Shown: positions 40,138-49,835 of the stretch, piece by piece | Layout of the letters: the number at the start of each line of letters is the position of its first letter | Numbering within the stretch: position 1 is the stretch's first letter | Virus record (IMG/VR): IMGVR_UViG_3300044641_007991 | Span: 1-64,000 of that record | DNA: 64,000 nucleotides | Direction: 5' to 3' (one strand) | From: a virus | Notes under the pieces: generated by a model | Seen by the model: the letters and a program-made list of their open reading frames with translations, nothing else | The model's database searches: none | Told to the model about the DNA's origin: nothing | Translations under genes and position numbers: made by a program

Positions 40138-40346
40138 TTAATCCATTTTGTTAATCTAAACGAAGTTTCCTCGCGAATTAACTCACCATCAATATCATAT
40201 GAATTCGGAATATCTATTCTTATTCCTTCAACCATCGCTCCCCACTCAGACATTTGAACATCAACATCTATTTCGGCATCATATTTTTTTAGTAATGTTT
40301 TTAAATCTTGTTTAAAATTTTTCCTTACAATATCGGCTGTTTGCAT
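40122..40346 (-). CDS. Hypothetical protein
   Basis: ORF in operon. Confidence 0.5.
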   Translation of the reverse strand: MQTADIVRKNFKQDLKTLLKKYDAEIDVDVQMSEWGAMVEGIRIDIPNSYDIDGELIREETSFRLTKWINWETL

Positions 40347-40455
40347 AATAACCTTAAAAGAAGAACCCCAGATTTCCTGGGGGTTTTAATAAAAGCGACA
40401 TCAACGAAAATCGCCTATAATACTCCATTAATTATTTTCATTATTGGAGTTGAAC

Positions 40456-40779
40456 CTAAATCAGGACAGTAGCTTCGTCCATATAAAAATTTCGTTCTTT
40501 ACCTTCAGGTAGATCATCAGTAAAGAAGCCAAGGTATTTAGTACCAAATACAATTTCTTTGTAATTATCTTGTAAAAATTTACTTGCAAATTCAGGATAA
40601 TTTAATTCCGCATTTTTATCAATTTTGTAATAATATTCAACACATCTTTCAATTCTAGCAGCTTCAGCGTCAATGTTTTCGTTATCTAATGGTTCATTGT
40701 TTTCTTTTAAAGAAGCAAATGCAATAATAGTAAATGCTTTTTGTAAGCCTTCAACAGATGGTGATTTAATTTTAGTCAT
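40456..40779 (-). CDS. Hypothetical protein
   Basis: ORF after early promoter 40917 and leader hairpins. Confidence 0.55.
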   Translation of the reverse strand: MTKIKSPSVEGLQKAFTIIAFASLKENNEPLDNENIDAEAARIERCVEYYYKIDKNAELNYPEFASKFLQDNYKEIVFGTKYLGFFTDDLPEGKERNFYMDEATVLI

Positions 40780-41135
40780 AATATAATTTATTTAGAATTT
40801 ATTAGCGGGAACCGAAACTCCCGCGCAATTAACAAAAGCTCTAGAATTACCTAGACAATTCTAGATTACCGTTTTCAACAACAGACAATACAATTATAAC
40901 GTATTTTGTCTGGAAGGTCAAGCACTTCTATGGTTTTTCAGTAATAAATTCAGCAAGTTCTGGGTGATTGTCTACGAAATTTTGATCAAGCGTTATCCCC
41001 AATGAAGATAAGATAAAACTCAATTCCTCAAGAGTTGTTACTCTATCAAATGCAAATTCGTATAATTTCATTTCTAACGGTTTAGTTTCTTCTAACATTT
41101 TTACCTCATTTTAGTTTAAATTAATCGTGTTAATA

Positions 41136-41651
41136 TTAGTCATGACTATACTCTTCTACATCAAAACCATCACGGGTTGCGATAACTTTACTGTGGTTAT
41201 CGAACATTGCTAACATAACATCCTCAAATTCCGAACTCTGAATCATGCTAGAGAATAAATCACATGATTCTACATCAACTGCAGGACCAGCTAAGATTTT
41301 TCGTCTATCTGATTCATAATAATCTCGATCGCTGTTTAATGCATATTTTAAATTATCTACAGCCCAAATATCATCGTTATCTCCGTCATATTCACCATAA
41401 CCAGTAACATCACGTAAATCGTCGCCTGTAGCATTGGTAAATGTTGGATCATTAACGTTAAACACACACTCTTCGCCATCGTTCCAATAAGGTGTATACT
41501 GAGTCCAAACAACAGCATTAATACCTGGATTCAAATTAAAAAATTCTGTAGTGGTTTCTTTAAACAAAGCCTGAGCTTGTTCTTGGAATTGACGTTGTAA
41601 TTCACGTTGATCCGCAATTAATTTATTATATTTTTGTTGTAATTCGCTCAT
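41136..41651 (-). CDS. Conserved phage hypothetical protein
   Basis: WTQYTPYWNDGEECVF...EEYSHD. Confidence 0.65.
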   Translation of the reverse strand: MSELQQKYNKLIADQRELQRQFQEQAQALFKETTTEFFNLNPGINAVVWTQYTPYWNDGEECVFNVNDPTFTNATGDDLRDVTGYGEYDGDNDDIWAVDNLKYALNSDRDYYESDRRKILAGPAVDVESCDLFSSMIQSSEFEDVMLAMFDNHSKVIATRDGFDVEEYSHD

Positions 41652-41739
41652 ATTATTTTACCCTTTTAAATTTAAAAATTGTTAACCAAACAGCAGTTGA
41701 TATAAGAATACCTGCTAACATAGCAATAAAGATCATGTG

Positions 41740-42048
41740 TTACTCCAATTGAGATTCATCAAATTCCGGAAATGAAAGTTCAGCTCTATCATATTTCACG
41801 AGACCGTTTTTAAAATACTTCCGCCAAATATCACCCGATTCCTCACCTTCACCAGTTAAAATAAACAGAATATCCGGATATTCCTGAGAAATAACTTCCA
41901 TATGGTGGTCATGCTCATACCATTTAACATCAGGTAAGGTTAAATCATCGTCCCAACCATACCCCGAAACTTCTGATAATCTTGCAACTAAAGTTTCTTG
42001 ATCTAAATCGCCTTTATATCCTAATTTGTAGTGCGTGTAATATCCCAT
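41740..42048 (-). CDS. Conserved phage hypothetical protein
   Basis: MGYYT...KWY...GEGEESGDIWR.YF. Confidence 0.65.
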   Translation of the reverse strand: MGYYTHYKLGYKGDLDQETLVARLSEVSGYGWDDDLTLPDVKWYEHDHHMEVISQEYPDILFILTGEGEESGDIWRKYFKNGLVKYDRAELSFPEFDESQLE

Positions 42049-42051
42049 GTT

Positions 42052-42405
42052 TTAATCCACCAATTTAATATGTTTTCTGTTATGTTTAACCGAGCCACTC
42101 ATCCATGGCTGAATTTCCATGTTATTCAAATAATGTTCCATTGTGGGAAGGAAGCCAAGGTCGGCAATAATATGCAGTTCTGCAACATCTCTAGGGCTAT
42201 ATTCTTTTCCATCACTATTAATTCTAGTCCTACCAAATACTTGTTCAACAATAAAACAACCAAAAGCAGAGTGTAGGATAGCTCTGTGACGAACATCCGC
42301 TACTGCAGCTTTAGATGAATCAATAAAATCATCAATATCAGCGTAATCCGCAGGAACACCTCCGAATTTTTTCGCCGCGATTTTGCTGTGTAAGTACGGT
42401 TTCAT
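42052..42405 (-). CDS. Conserved hypothetical protein (DUF6915-like)
   Basis: PYLHS...KKFGG...DY, DSSK....D.RHRA..HS.FG, AE.HI..DLG. Confidence 0.6.
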   Translation of the reverse strand: MKPYLHSKIAAKKFGGVPADYADIDDFIDSSKAAVADVRHRAILHSAFGCFIVEQVFGRTRINSDGKEYSPRDVAELHIIADLGFLPTMEHYLNNMEIQPWMSGSVKHNRKHIKLVD

Positions 42406-43079
42406 TTTCTGCGACTCGAACTAGAAAAACTGCTAGAACTACGAGATAATGCACTCATATTCATTGAAGAACTACGACTAGAACTCAAACTGGTGCTAGG
42501 TTTATACGAACTAGACTGACTGAGTTTATTCATGTCCATATAATTAGGTTTCGGAGCCGTTGCAATCGGTGCTGCAGGTGTTACTGGAGCCGCTTGATTA
42601 ATGGTTACATTTTTGGTTACATTAGTTGTGCTACGAGTAGAATTGTATCTGCTATCGTACCCAGATGGTCTGCTATCATAATAATGATTGTTGTTACCAC
42701 CAGAGTTATTACTCATAGCACTACCAAGTGCATGTCCCACCAAACCACCAACCAACATATCAGTTACAGCTGAATGTCCGCTAGGTTGTTGAACTACCAC
42801 AGGCTGTTGCGCAACTGCAGGCTGTTGAACGATAACTGGAGCTTGACCCTGAATTACAGGTTGTTGCGAATATTGCTGTTGTGCATATTGTTGCTGCTGA
42901 CCCTGTTGTTGAATATAAGCATTTTGCTGCTCAATTTCTTGCTGTTGTTGAGCTTGCTGAGCCAAGATTTGTTGCTGCTGTTGTAGAATTTGCTGCTCAC
43001 GTTTTTTCTGAGCTTCTTCAGGACTATCACCACAACCAACCAATGAAATTAAAGTCAATACCAAAATAATTTTTTTCAT
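42402..43079 (-). CDS. Lipoprotein with Q-rich and S-rich low-complexity regions
   Basis: Lipobox LVGC. Confidence 0.65.
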   Translation of the reverse strand: MKKIILVLTLISLVGCGDSPEEAQKKREQQILQQQQQILAQQAQQQQEIEQQNAYIQQQGQQQQYAQQQYSQQPVIQGQAPVIVQQPAVAQQPVVVQQPSGHSAVTDMLVGGLVGHALGSAMSNNSGGNNNHYYDSRPSGYDSRYNSTRSTTNVTKNVTINQAAPVTPAAPIATAPKPNYMDMNKLSQSSSYKPSTSLSSSRSSSMNMSALSRSSSSFSSSSRRK

Positions 43080-43255
43080 GTTTATCCCTCAATTAAAATA
43101 TGTACACATTCTGCACGGTGCATATGTTTGTATGCACCATTATCAATTTGTTCTAACAACTCAGCTCGACAGGTTGCTAGATCAGGCATTTGTTTGTATG
43201 ATACCTGTCCACTAAAAAATACAATCGCTAATACATAACCCATAATTTTCTCCAA

Positions 43256-44128
43256 TTAGAAAACTATCCCATCACATACACCAATGACAAATAATCTCTT
43301 ACATCTAATCTTGCCTTCTTGTACTGCTATAATATCATCAACTGATACCTTACAAAATAATATCTTTTCACCAGACTTATTATTCCAATATTGAGCATTT
43401 GATACATGTAATCCATTGGCGCATGATTTAGTTTCATCTAAATCAACATCACCCACGGATACATAATCACCAATGACATATTTAAAATTGGCATCATGTA
43501 ATGAACTTAAATCTGCTCTGACATGTTTATAACAATAAATTTCGTTATTAAATGATTTTAATCCTGTTTGAGCCTCGATATTCTCTAATATATTATCTTT
43601 ATTAGTTAAATTATTGATTACCCTATTAAATGCTATATGCTGTTTTTGCGCTATTTTAGCATTGCCAGAGACACTTGCATTGCCAGAGACACTTGCATTG
43701 TCAGATACCCAAGCATTACCAGATACATGTGCATTGCCAGAGACACTTGCATTGTCAGAGACACTTGCATTGCCAGAGACACTTGCATTGTCAGATACCC
43801 AAGCATTACCAGATACATGTGCATTGCCAGAGACACTTGCATTGTCAGAGACACTTGCATTGCCAGAGACACTTGCATTGCCATAGACACTTGCATTGTC
43901 AGATACCCAAGCATTGCCATAGACCCTTGCATTGCCATAGACCCTTGCATTGCCATAGACCCAAGCATTGTCATCATGGTTTAAATTAGATTCGGTTTCA
44001 ACCCAGCCGCCAACATCACCAGCTTTTATATCGCCAAAATCTTTAAGTGCTTGAATTTGATATAAAGTTACGTTATTGACTTCGATAGTAGTTGTTAATT
44101 TGTATTTCATAATAAAATTCCTCATCAA
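43256..44128 (-). CDS. Hexapeptide-repeat (left-handed beta-helix-like) phage protein
   Basis: QIQALKDFGDIKAGDVGGW, about 17 NA(S/W/R/H)V(S/Y)(G/D) repeats, C-terminal CANGLH...GKIRC domain. Confidence 0.75.
   Translation of the reverse strand: MMRNFIMKYKLTTTIEVNNVTLYQIQALKDFGDIKAGDVGGWVETESNLNHDDNAWVYGNARVYGNARVYGNAWVSDNASVYGNASVSGNASVSDNASVSGNAHVSGNAWVSDNASVSGNASVSDNASVSGNAHVSGNAWVSDNASVSGNASVSGNAKIAQKQHIAFNRVINNLTNKDNILENIEAQTGLKSFNNEIYCYKHVRADLSSLHDANFKYVIGDYVSVGDVDLDETKSCANGLHVSNAQYWNNKSGEKILFCKVSVDDIIAVQEGKIRCKRLFVIGVCDGIVF
43660..43970 (-). repeat. 18-nt coding tandem repeat
   Basis: GCATTGCCAGAGACACTT-type units. Confidence 0.9.
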
Positions 44129-44145
44129 TTAAGTACAGTTATATT

Positions 44146-44712
44146 TTAACTGTTTTCTGATTGTAAGTCAAGCACTTTTTGCTGCTCTATAGCATCTCGT
44201 AAAATAGAATCTGTTAACTCATCAAGGGTAATCGCCTGTGCAGCAGCAATTTCTTCCAGAAGATCTAGAGATTTATCGGGCAAATTAACTGGAACCATGA
44301 TTCTAGTATCGTATTCTCTACCAGCATAGATATGTGTAATCTTCTCAACGATATCTTCTAAGATAACATCTGTATAGGTTTGATCATCAAATGCTACTGT
44401 AAAATCAAAACCGCGATTTGCGTTTTCCGCTATAACTGCATCTAATTTATTTTCAGCAATCCAGCGATAAAAATGCCCACGTTCGTAATCATATAATTCC
44501 AGAGAATATAATTCTTCAGTTTCTGTATCGAAAACACAAACAACATTCATGTTACTAGCGGGCGTATCTAGATCTAGGAATCTAACATTTGAACCAAAAC
44601 ATTCCCACTCATAAGGAGTAGATTCAATAATTTGGTATTTTGCTACTTTTAACAATTCATCAATTTTCATAAAATTCTGCAACCCCAATAATAATATTAA
44701 TACAACCACCAA
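44146..44712 (-). CDS. Hypothetical protein (start probably near 44670)
   Basis: Y.WECFG...YDTRI.VP. Confidence 0.6.
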   Translation of the reverse strand: MVVVLILLLGLQNFMKIDELLKVAKYQIIESTPYEWECFGSNVRFLDLDTPASNMNVVCVFDTETEELYSLELYDYERGHFYRWIAENKLDAVIAENANRGFDFTVAFDDQTYTDVILEDIVEKITHIYAGREYDTRIMVPVNLPDKSLDLLEEIAAAQAITLDELTDSILRDAIEQQKVLDLQSENS

Positions 44713-44883
44713 TCCAGTTTGAATAATATAAAAGTTTAAACACTACTGGATCATATCCATCTTTATTTTCGCGCATGTACTCACACGTCCATGCGTTTAA
44801 ACCTGCAATCAAAAAATTCATAATTTCACCTCAAGGTTATTATACCTTATTCCATGTTAGATGTCAAGCACTTTATCCCACAT

Positions 44884-44909
44884 AAAAAAAACCCGCCGAA
44901 GCGGGTTTC
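44884..44909 (-). terminator. Intrinsic terminator with UUCG loop
   Basis: Minus: AAACCCGC-TTCG-GCGGGTTTTTTTT. Confidence 0.9.
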
Positions 44910-45209
44910 ATATGTCCACTGGGGGAGGGGTTGCCCGCAAGTCCGGTGGCACGCAACAATAACAAATCAAAGAAAAGTCAGCAATTGACATGACAAAATA
45001 CAACAAACAGCCATATAATTGGATCAAAAGACAAACAACAAAAGCCCACATATACCCTGAGAACAAATGACAGGTTTAGCAATTAAGCGATACTCAGGAG
45101 CACGTCAGGCAAATAACTGTATCTGGTAGCAAGTTTCCACTCGCTTCCAAAAAAATTCGTCAATTCTGGTTCTTTTCTTTAATCTGGGAAGAGTTTTCTA
45201 ACCCTTGCC
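44910..45209 (-). ncRNA. Candidate ~300-nt non-coding RNA / long 3' UTR
   Basis: No ORF in the track between the stop of 45210..45776 and the terminator; UUGU-rich. Confidence 0.45.
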
Positions 45210-45776
45210 TTAAATAATTCCTTCCGATGTTAAGGTGGTTACATCACTATCGCTTAACTCAATCTCAGTTTTAAAGTTTAACTCTAAGATTTTATCCTGA
45301 AGTTTTTGTTTATCTTTTTTCAAATCTTTAATTGATTTGGTATAAAAGTCAATATCTACTTGAGATAAAATACCTGTTGTAACTTCAGTTTTTGAGTAAT
45401 ATGAATCTTTTACTGCGCTATTTTTAATTTTATTTAACTGACCATTAATAACAGTTAAATCCGCTTGTAGATGAGTTGGAGCAATAAATGCTGATAATAA
45501 ATTGATTTCTTTATCAAGCCAAGCTAATGTCGCTAAACAAGCATTAATATCAGAGGTTTCGTTAGCTGCTCCAACTTTAGTTCTAATTTCAACCAACGCT
45601 TCTAATAATGATAATTTACGAGAAACTCCAGTCATAAATGCGTCTTTGGCAGAGCGCAATACAGTTTCTGGATCTTGAAATTCATTAATATTAATCTGAG
45701 CTTTCGTCTCGATTGATTTTAATACTTCATTAATAGAAGTTTGAATAGCATTTGCTTTTCTTAGTGTAATTTTCAT
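45210..45776 (-). CDS. Helical coiled-coil protein (possibly DIP1984-like)
   Basis: MKITLRKANAIQ..I, AN...I, K.KLQD.ILELN..TEIEL; all-helical heptad pattern. Confidence 0.55.
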   Translation of the reverse strand: MKITLRKANAIQTSINEVLKSIETKAQININEFQDPETVLRSAKDAFMTGVSRKLSLLEALVEIRTKVGAANETSDINACLATLAWLDKEINLLSAFIAPTHLQADLTVINGQLNKIKNSAVKDSYYSKTEVTTGILSQVDIDFYTKSIKDLKKDKQKLQDKILELNFKTEIELSDSDVTTLTSEGII

Positions 45777-45804
45777 TTTAACCTCAACAATTTATAATAA
45801 AATT

Positions 45805-45880
45805 AGAATAATGCTGCCTGGGATTCGAACCCATATTTTCGTTAGTTTTCCGCACGATTTTCGCGTGGCAACATTATTCC
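45805..45880 (-). ncRNA. tRNA-like element (T-arm on a 14-bp closing stem)
   Basis: GGAATAATGTTGCC...TGGG-TTCGAAT-CCCA-GGCAGCATTATTCT; no canonical D or anticodon arm, no CCA. Confidence 0.55.
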
Positions 45881-45917
45881 AAATACACAGTTATTGTACT
45901 ATACTTAGGTAAAAAAG

Positions 45918-46238
45918 TCAAGCACTTTTTAAAAATTCTTCAGCAGCGACAATTCTAATCTCACCTTTACCTGCAGCAGAATCCTCGAATTGTTGATAAA
46001 TTTCGCTCATGTACATAGTCATGCCTTCATTTTCAGTAAAACCAACGTATTTGCTGCCGCTTTCATTAACAAAAGCATATCCACTTTCCCATGTATCGCT
46101 ATCAACAATTGCTGAACTTAATCTCCAGGAATCTCCTGAGGTAAATCCACCACGCCAACCAGCCAATATTTTATAGACACATTCTGCGGATGTTTTAATT
46201 TCTAGGATAACCCAGCGATCAGGAGTATAAGTGTTCAC
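45918..46238 (-). CDS. Conserved phage hypothetical protein
   Basis: YTPDRWV...YKILAGW.GG...GDSWRLSS. Confidence 0.65.
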   Translation of the reverse strand: MNTYTPDRWVILEIKTSAECVYKILAGWRGGFTSGDSWRLSSAIVDSDTWESGYAFVNESGSKYVGFTENEGMTMYMSEIYQQFEDSAAGKGEIRIVAAEEFLKSA

Positions 46239-46602
46239 GATATTTAATTTCCTCTAAAATGGTATCAACAATTGCTGGTCTAACATAACCTAAATCTAAT
46301 AGGGCATTCATATGAGCATCGGTCATTTCCGCAACTGAAATTACATGATAAGAGTCATCACCGTTTTTACCATAAGTTCCCCAAACAGGAATTTCTCTTT
46401 TAATTTCATGAGGATCATCAGTATAAACAGTGATATTTGTTGCTGGAACTCGATTAACAGAACTTCTAAAATAATCATAACCGCCATCAATCATATAAGT
46501 TTCGCCATTTGCGTCTGTATATGTTTTATAATCGTGACGATGCTGACTACGCAAAATTGTACCATCTGGAGTTTTAATTTGACTCGCGTAAATAGTTCTC
46601 AT
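46219..46602 (-). CDS. Conserved phage hypothetical protein
   Basis: TPDGTIL.S.HRHDY...MIDGG.DY.R...WGTYGK.G. Confidence 0.65.
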   Translation of the reverse strand: MRTIYASQIKTPDGTILRSQHRHDYKTYTDANGETYMIDGGYDYFRSSVNRVPATNITVYTDDPHEIKREIPVWGTYGKNGDDSYHVISVAEMTDAHMNALLDLGYVRPAIVDTILEEIKYREHLYS

Positions 46603-46937
46603 TATTCTACCTCAAATTCGTAATAAGATTTAACCAATTCCAAAAAATCATCCAGCGTTTTAATTGTAATTTCTGTATCATTTTGAACAGCTATTGACCC
46701 AGTTTCCCGATTAACTTCATACAAGAACCAATCAATATCATACAACAATGTTGCGGGAATTAATTGTTCTTTTAAAAATCCAATTTCTCGACACAAAGAA
46801 TTTACATAAGTATTCTCGAAAAATGCTGCATTAATTTCGCTAGGAACCGTATCAATCCAGGTATCACGGATTTGATTTTGTTTATCTAAAACCGTCAAAA
46901 TTTTAACAAAATCGCTGTATTTCATATTCATCTCCAA
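46602..46937 (-). CDS. Hypothetical protein
   Basis: ORF after early promoter 46981. Confidence 0.5.
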   Translation of the reverse strand: MEMNMKYSDFVKILTVLDKQNQIRDTWIDTVPSEINAAFFENTYVNSLCREIGFLKEQLIPATLLYDIDWFLYEVNRETGSIAVQNDTEITIKTLDDFLELVKSYYEFEVE

Positions 46938-46994
46938 AAATTCAAATTATACAACTATTGTACTATACAACAGGTAAAAAGTCAAGCACTTTGC

Positions 46995-47024
46995 AAAAAA
47001 AAGCCCATCTATAGATGGGCTTTT
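46995..47024 (-). terminator. Intrinsic terminator
   Basis: AAAAGCCCATCT-AT-AGATGGGCTTTT with U-tract on the minus strand. Confidence 0.8.
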
Positions 47025-47045
47025 CAGAGTTATAATAAAATTTTA

Positions 47046-48059
47046 TTATGCATCTGGGAATGTTAAATCATCAACTGCGTCAGTTGTAATAGAACCAGTT
47101 GCAACCAATGTTTCGTATTGAATACGACCAGCACGACCACCAGTTCCTACAGTTTTCTTAACCCAACCAGCATGAGCTAATTTGCTCTTAGCAGTTGATG
47201 CATTACCAACACCTAATGAAGCAACAGCAGTAGCAGCACCACTGGTTAAAGTTACTTTATGAGCAGCACCAACACCAGCACCTGTAATATCAGTTTGAAC
47301 ATTAGCAGTAGCATTTGCTAATGATTCTGCTAGAGCGAAAGCATTGTTCGTAAATTTAATAATATAATATGTATTACCAGTTGTTAAACCTGTTACAGAA
47401 GTTCCACCACCATTAGTATAAACAGCAGCATCACCTGTAGCAAATAAATGACCAGTATAATTGATTGTGTTTGAAATAGCATTTGCAGCAGTTGCACCAT
47501 TAAACGTAATATAAGGTGCACCGATTGTAACAGTTGGTGCGCTTGAATACGAATTACCAGTTGCAGTTAATGTTACATTAGCAACAGCACCACCGCTTAC
47601 ATAAGCAGTTGCTGCAGCTGCACCTGTTGAGAAAGTTACAGCAGGAGCTTCTACATATTTTGAACCAGCTGACTGAATCAATACAGCAGTTACATTTGCG
47701 CTACCAGCATCAATTTCGCTAGTATCGACCCCATAAACAGTTTGAATTGAATCAAAACCGCTTACATTATCACCGTCTTGATAAACATATTTTGGTTGTT
47801 GATTATGTTTTACAAACGAAATCGGTAAAGTTGTATTTGAAGTTCCTGTAAAAAGATCTGCCAAAGTTAAAATTGTGTTATTAGAAATAGCAGCAATTCT
47901 ATTTTTAGTAAATAAATCTGAGTGAATACCTAAAACATCACCAATAACTAAATTAGCTGTAAACTGTGTACCCACACCAATAACTGTGTTCGAACCATTT
48001 GTAACGGAAACACTTGTTCCGTAAATAGTTTTTGCGTCGTAAATACCCCATTCTGACAT
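47046..48059 (-). CDS. Late-expressed virion structural protein
   Basis: A/T/G-rich; GS.Y..AP.VT repeats; C-terminal HAGWV...GRAGRIQYETLVA; TATAAATA at 48098-48105. Confidence 0.65.
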   Translation of the reverse strand: MSEWGIYDAKTIYGTSVSVTNGSNTVIGVGTQFTANLVIGDVLGIHSDLFTKNRIAAISNNTILTLADLFTGTSNTTLPISFVKHNQQPKYVYQDGDNVSGFDSIQTVYGVDTSEIDAGSANVTAVLIQSAGSKYVEAPAVTFSTGAAAATAYVSGGAVANVTLTATGNSYSSAPTVTIGAPYITFNGATAANAISNTINYTGHLFATGDAAVYTNGGGTSVTGLTTGNTYYIIKFTNNAFALAESLANATANVQTDITGAGVGAAHKVTLTSGAATAVASLGVGNASTAKSKLAHAGWVKKTVGTGGRAGRIQYETLVATGSITTDAVDDLTFPDA

Positions 48060-48140
48060 TATTATTTCTCCTTATGAAAAAGACTGATTTTATAAACTAT
48101 TTATAGTTATAAGTGATTGTCTTTCATAGGAGACATAATA

Positions 48141-48578
48141 TCAAAAATTGCCTAAATCATACGACTCAGTTTTTGTTGGTGCAGGATAGAACACTAATTT
48201 ATTTCTACCAATTTTTTCTGCATAATCGTGTGTATACCAAGTCCCACCACGAGTTTGGTGTTGCATCTGATATGGAACCACAAACAACAAATCTACGGCT
48301 TGTACGATCGCTCTGTTACGTGCAAAATTGGTATTTGATTCAAGTATCACATCACTTGTATGCCATGCTCTAAGATCCTCTCCCACTGAAGGATACGCGA
48401 TTGTTTTATAACCTAATTCCTGAGCAATTTCTGCTGCTTGAACATCAACGCCAACACAATCCCCATGATGAAATTCTGAATCTGGATATTGTTCTATAAA
48501 ATAACGTAAATTATTTTGTACTGTATTAAATTGGAAAACAGTCATTCCCGATCGAGTTCCGGTGATACCAATTTTCAT
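48141..48578 (-). CDS. SLOG/DprA-like nucleotide-binding protein
   Basis: IGITGTR.G, HHGDC.GVD, ARN..IV, GGTWYT..YA. Confidence 0.6.
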   Translation of the reverse strand: MKIGITGTRSGMTVFQFNTVQNNLRYFIEQYPDSEFHHGDCVGVDVQAAEIAQELGYKTIAYPSVGEDLRAWHTSDVILESNTNFARNRAIVQAVDLLFVVPYQMQHQTRGGTWYTHDYAEKIGRNKLVFYPAPTKTESYDLGNF

Positions 48579-49427
48579 GTTGTTTCCTCTAATAAATCTC
48601 GTTCATCAATTACATAAAGATTTCTGGTATAACCCTCAACAAGGACTAATTGACGCCAGAGGTCTATGGGATACACAGCGTTGGTTACTCGCGCCTTGCC
48701 AGCGGGTTCGTGTCCGTACCATTTTTCCCAATAAGATTCATAAATTAATAAAGTTTTCATGAGATTTAACTGTTAAAATTGTTCTAGACAGTTCAGGTAA
48801 TGCTGCCAAATCATTTTCGCTAAATGTTTGTACAATATTATTAGCAAATTCGTTACGTTCGGTTTCAGTCATGTATCTCCAAATTAATTGGATTAATTGA
48901 TAATCAAATTCAGTTGGTTCGGTTAAATTTTGAAACATTATGTTTTCCAGCAATGATTAGTATAATCCCAATCTTGTTCGGTGTAAAAATCTAAACCAAT
49001 AGAATATCCAAATAAACCTAGATTAATACTTATTTCGTTGGCTAATTGAAACGACAATGCAACACTAATAATATCCGAAGATTTGTAAATTCCGATATAA
49101 CAATTTGTCGTTTTTGTTATAGGATATTTAAATTCTTTAAGCGTTTTCCATGCAGTTTTATATGGATTAATTAAGGTAAAATTAAAAGTAAACATTATAA
49201 CCCCCAAAAGGCATAACATAAAGCTGCAGCAACTGCTGTGATTATAATAATCTCAATCAATGGAGCCTCCTTCTATATGTTCTACGACACAAATTGTTTC
49301 GTCATATCCCATAAAAATTAATTCATCTCGTACCATTTCTGACGTAAAAGTATTATGGAAATATACAGTATCAATTAATTCTAAATCACCACTATTAACA
49401 TGAGCATAGACATCAAATACTCGCATA

Positions 49428-49835
49428 TTAACTCCAGCTACGATGACGTTCATGAATCGATTCCATACCATCATAGTCGTCGATTTCAAATTCGATAGAT
49501 TCAGGAATTTCTACGATTTTTAATTCAGCAAAAGGTCCATTAGCAGTTTCGCCCAATTCTTCGATTACACGAATTAATATTGGATCATCTCGCGGAATAT
49601 CATCTACACTAAAATATAGTGCATTAGAAGCTGTAAATCTACCTGGACCATTTGGTGTTTTACAGTCTTCAGCATAGACCGCTTCATATTCTTCAGGAGG
49701 ACACAAATAATATGAATCACAAATTTTATCAGGTACGTGATATAAGGTAATTCCTTTTAATTCGCCATATCTAAGTACAGCTTCGTTAGATAAACCAAAA
49801 CCACCATAACGACGATTAATCGCTACTTTTCTCAT
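49428..49835 (-). CDS. Conserved phage hypothetical protein
   Basis: INRRYGGFGLS...RDDP.L..V.EELG...EIDDYDGME. Confidence 0.7.
   Translation of the reverse strand: MRKVAINRRYGGFGLSNEAVLRYGELKGITLYHVPDKICDSYYLCPPEEYEAVYAEDCKTPNGPGRFTASNALYFSVDDIPRDDPILIRVIEELGETANGPFAELKIVEIPESIEFEIDDYDGMESIHERHRSWS

Noticed and set aside
43614-43989. His/Cys-rich and other alternative-frame ORFs
   Set aside because: By-products of the 18-nt coding repeat in 43256..44128.
45805-45880. Canonical tRNA gene
   Set aside because: The T-arm is perfect but there is no proper D or anticodon arm and no CCA; kept only as tRNA-like.
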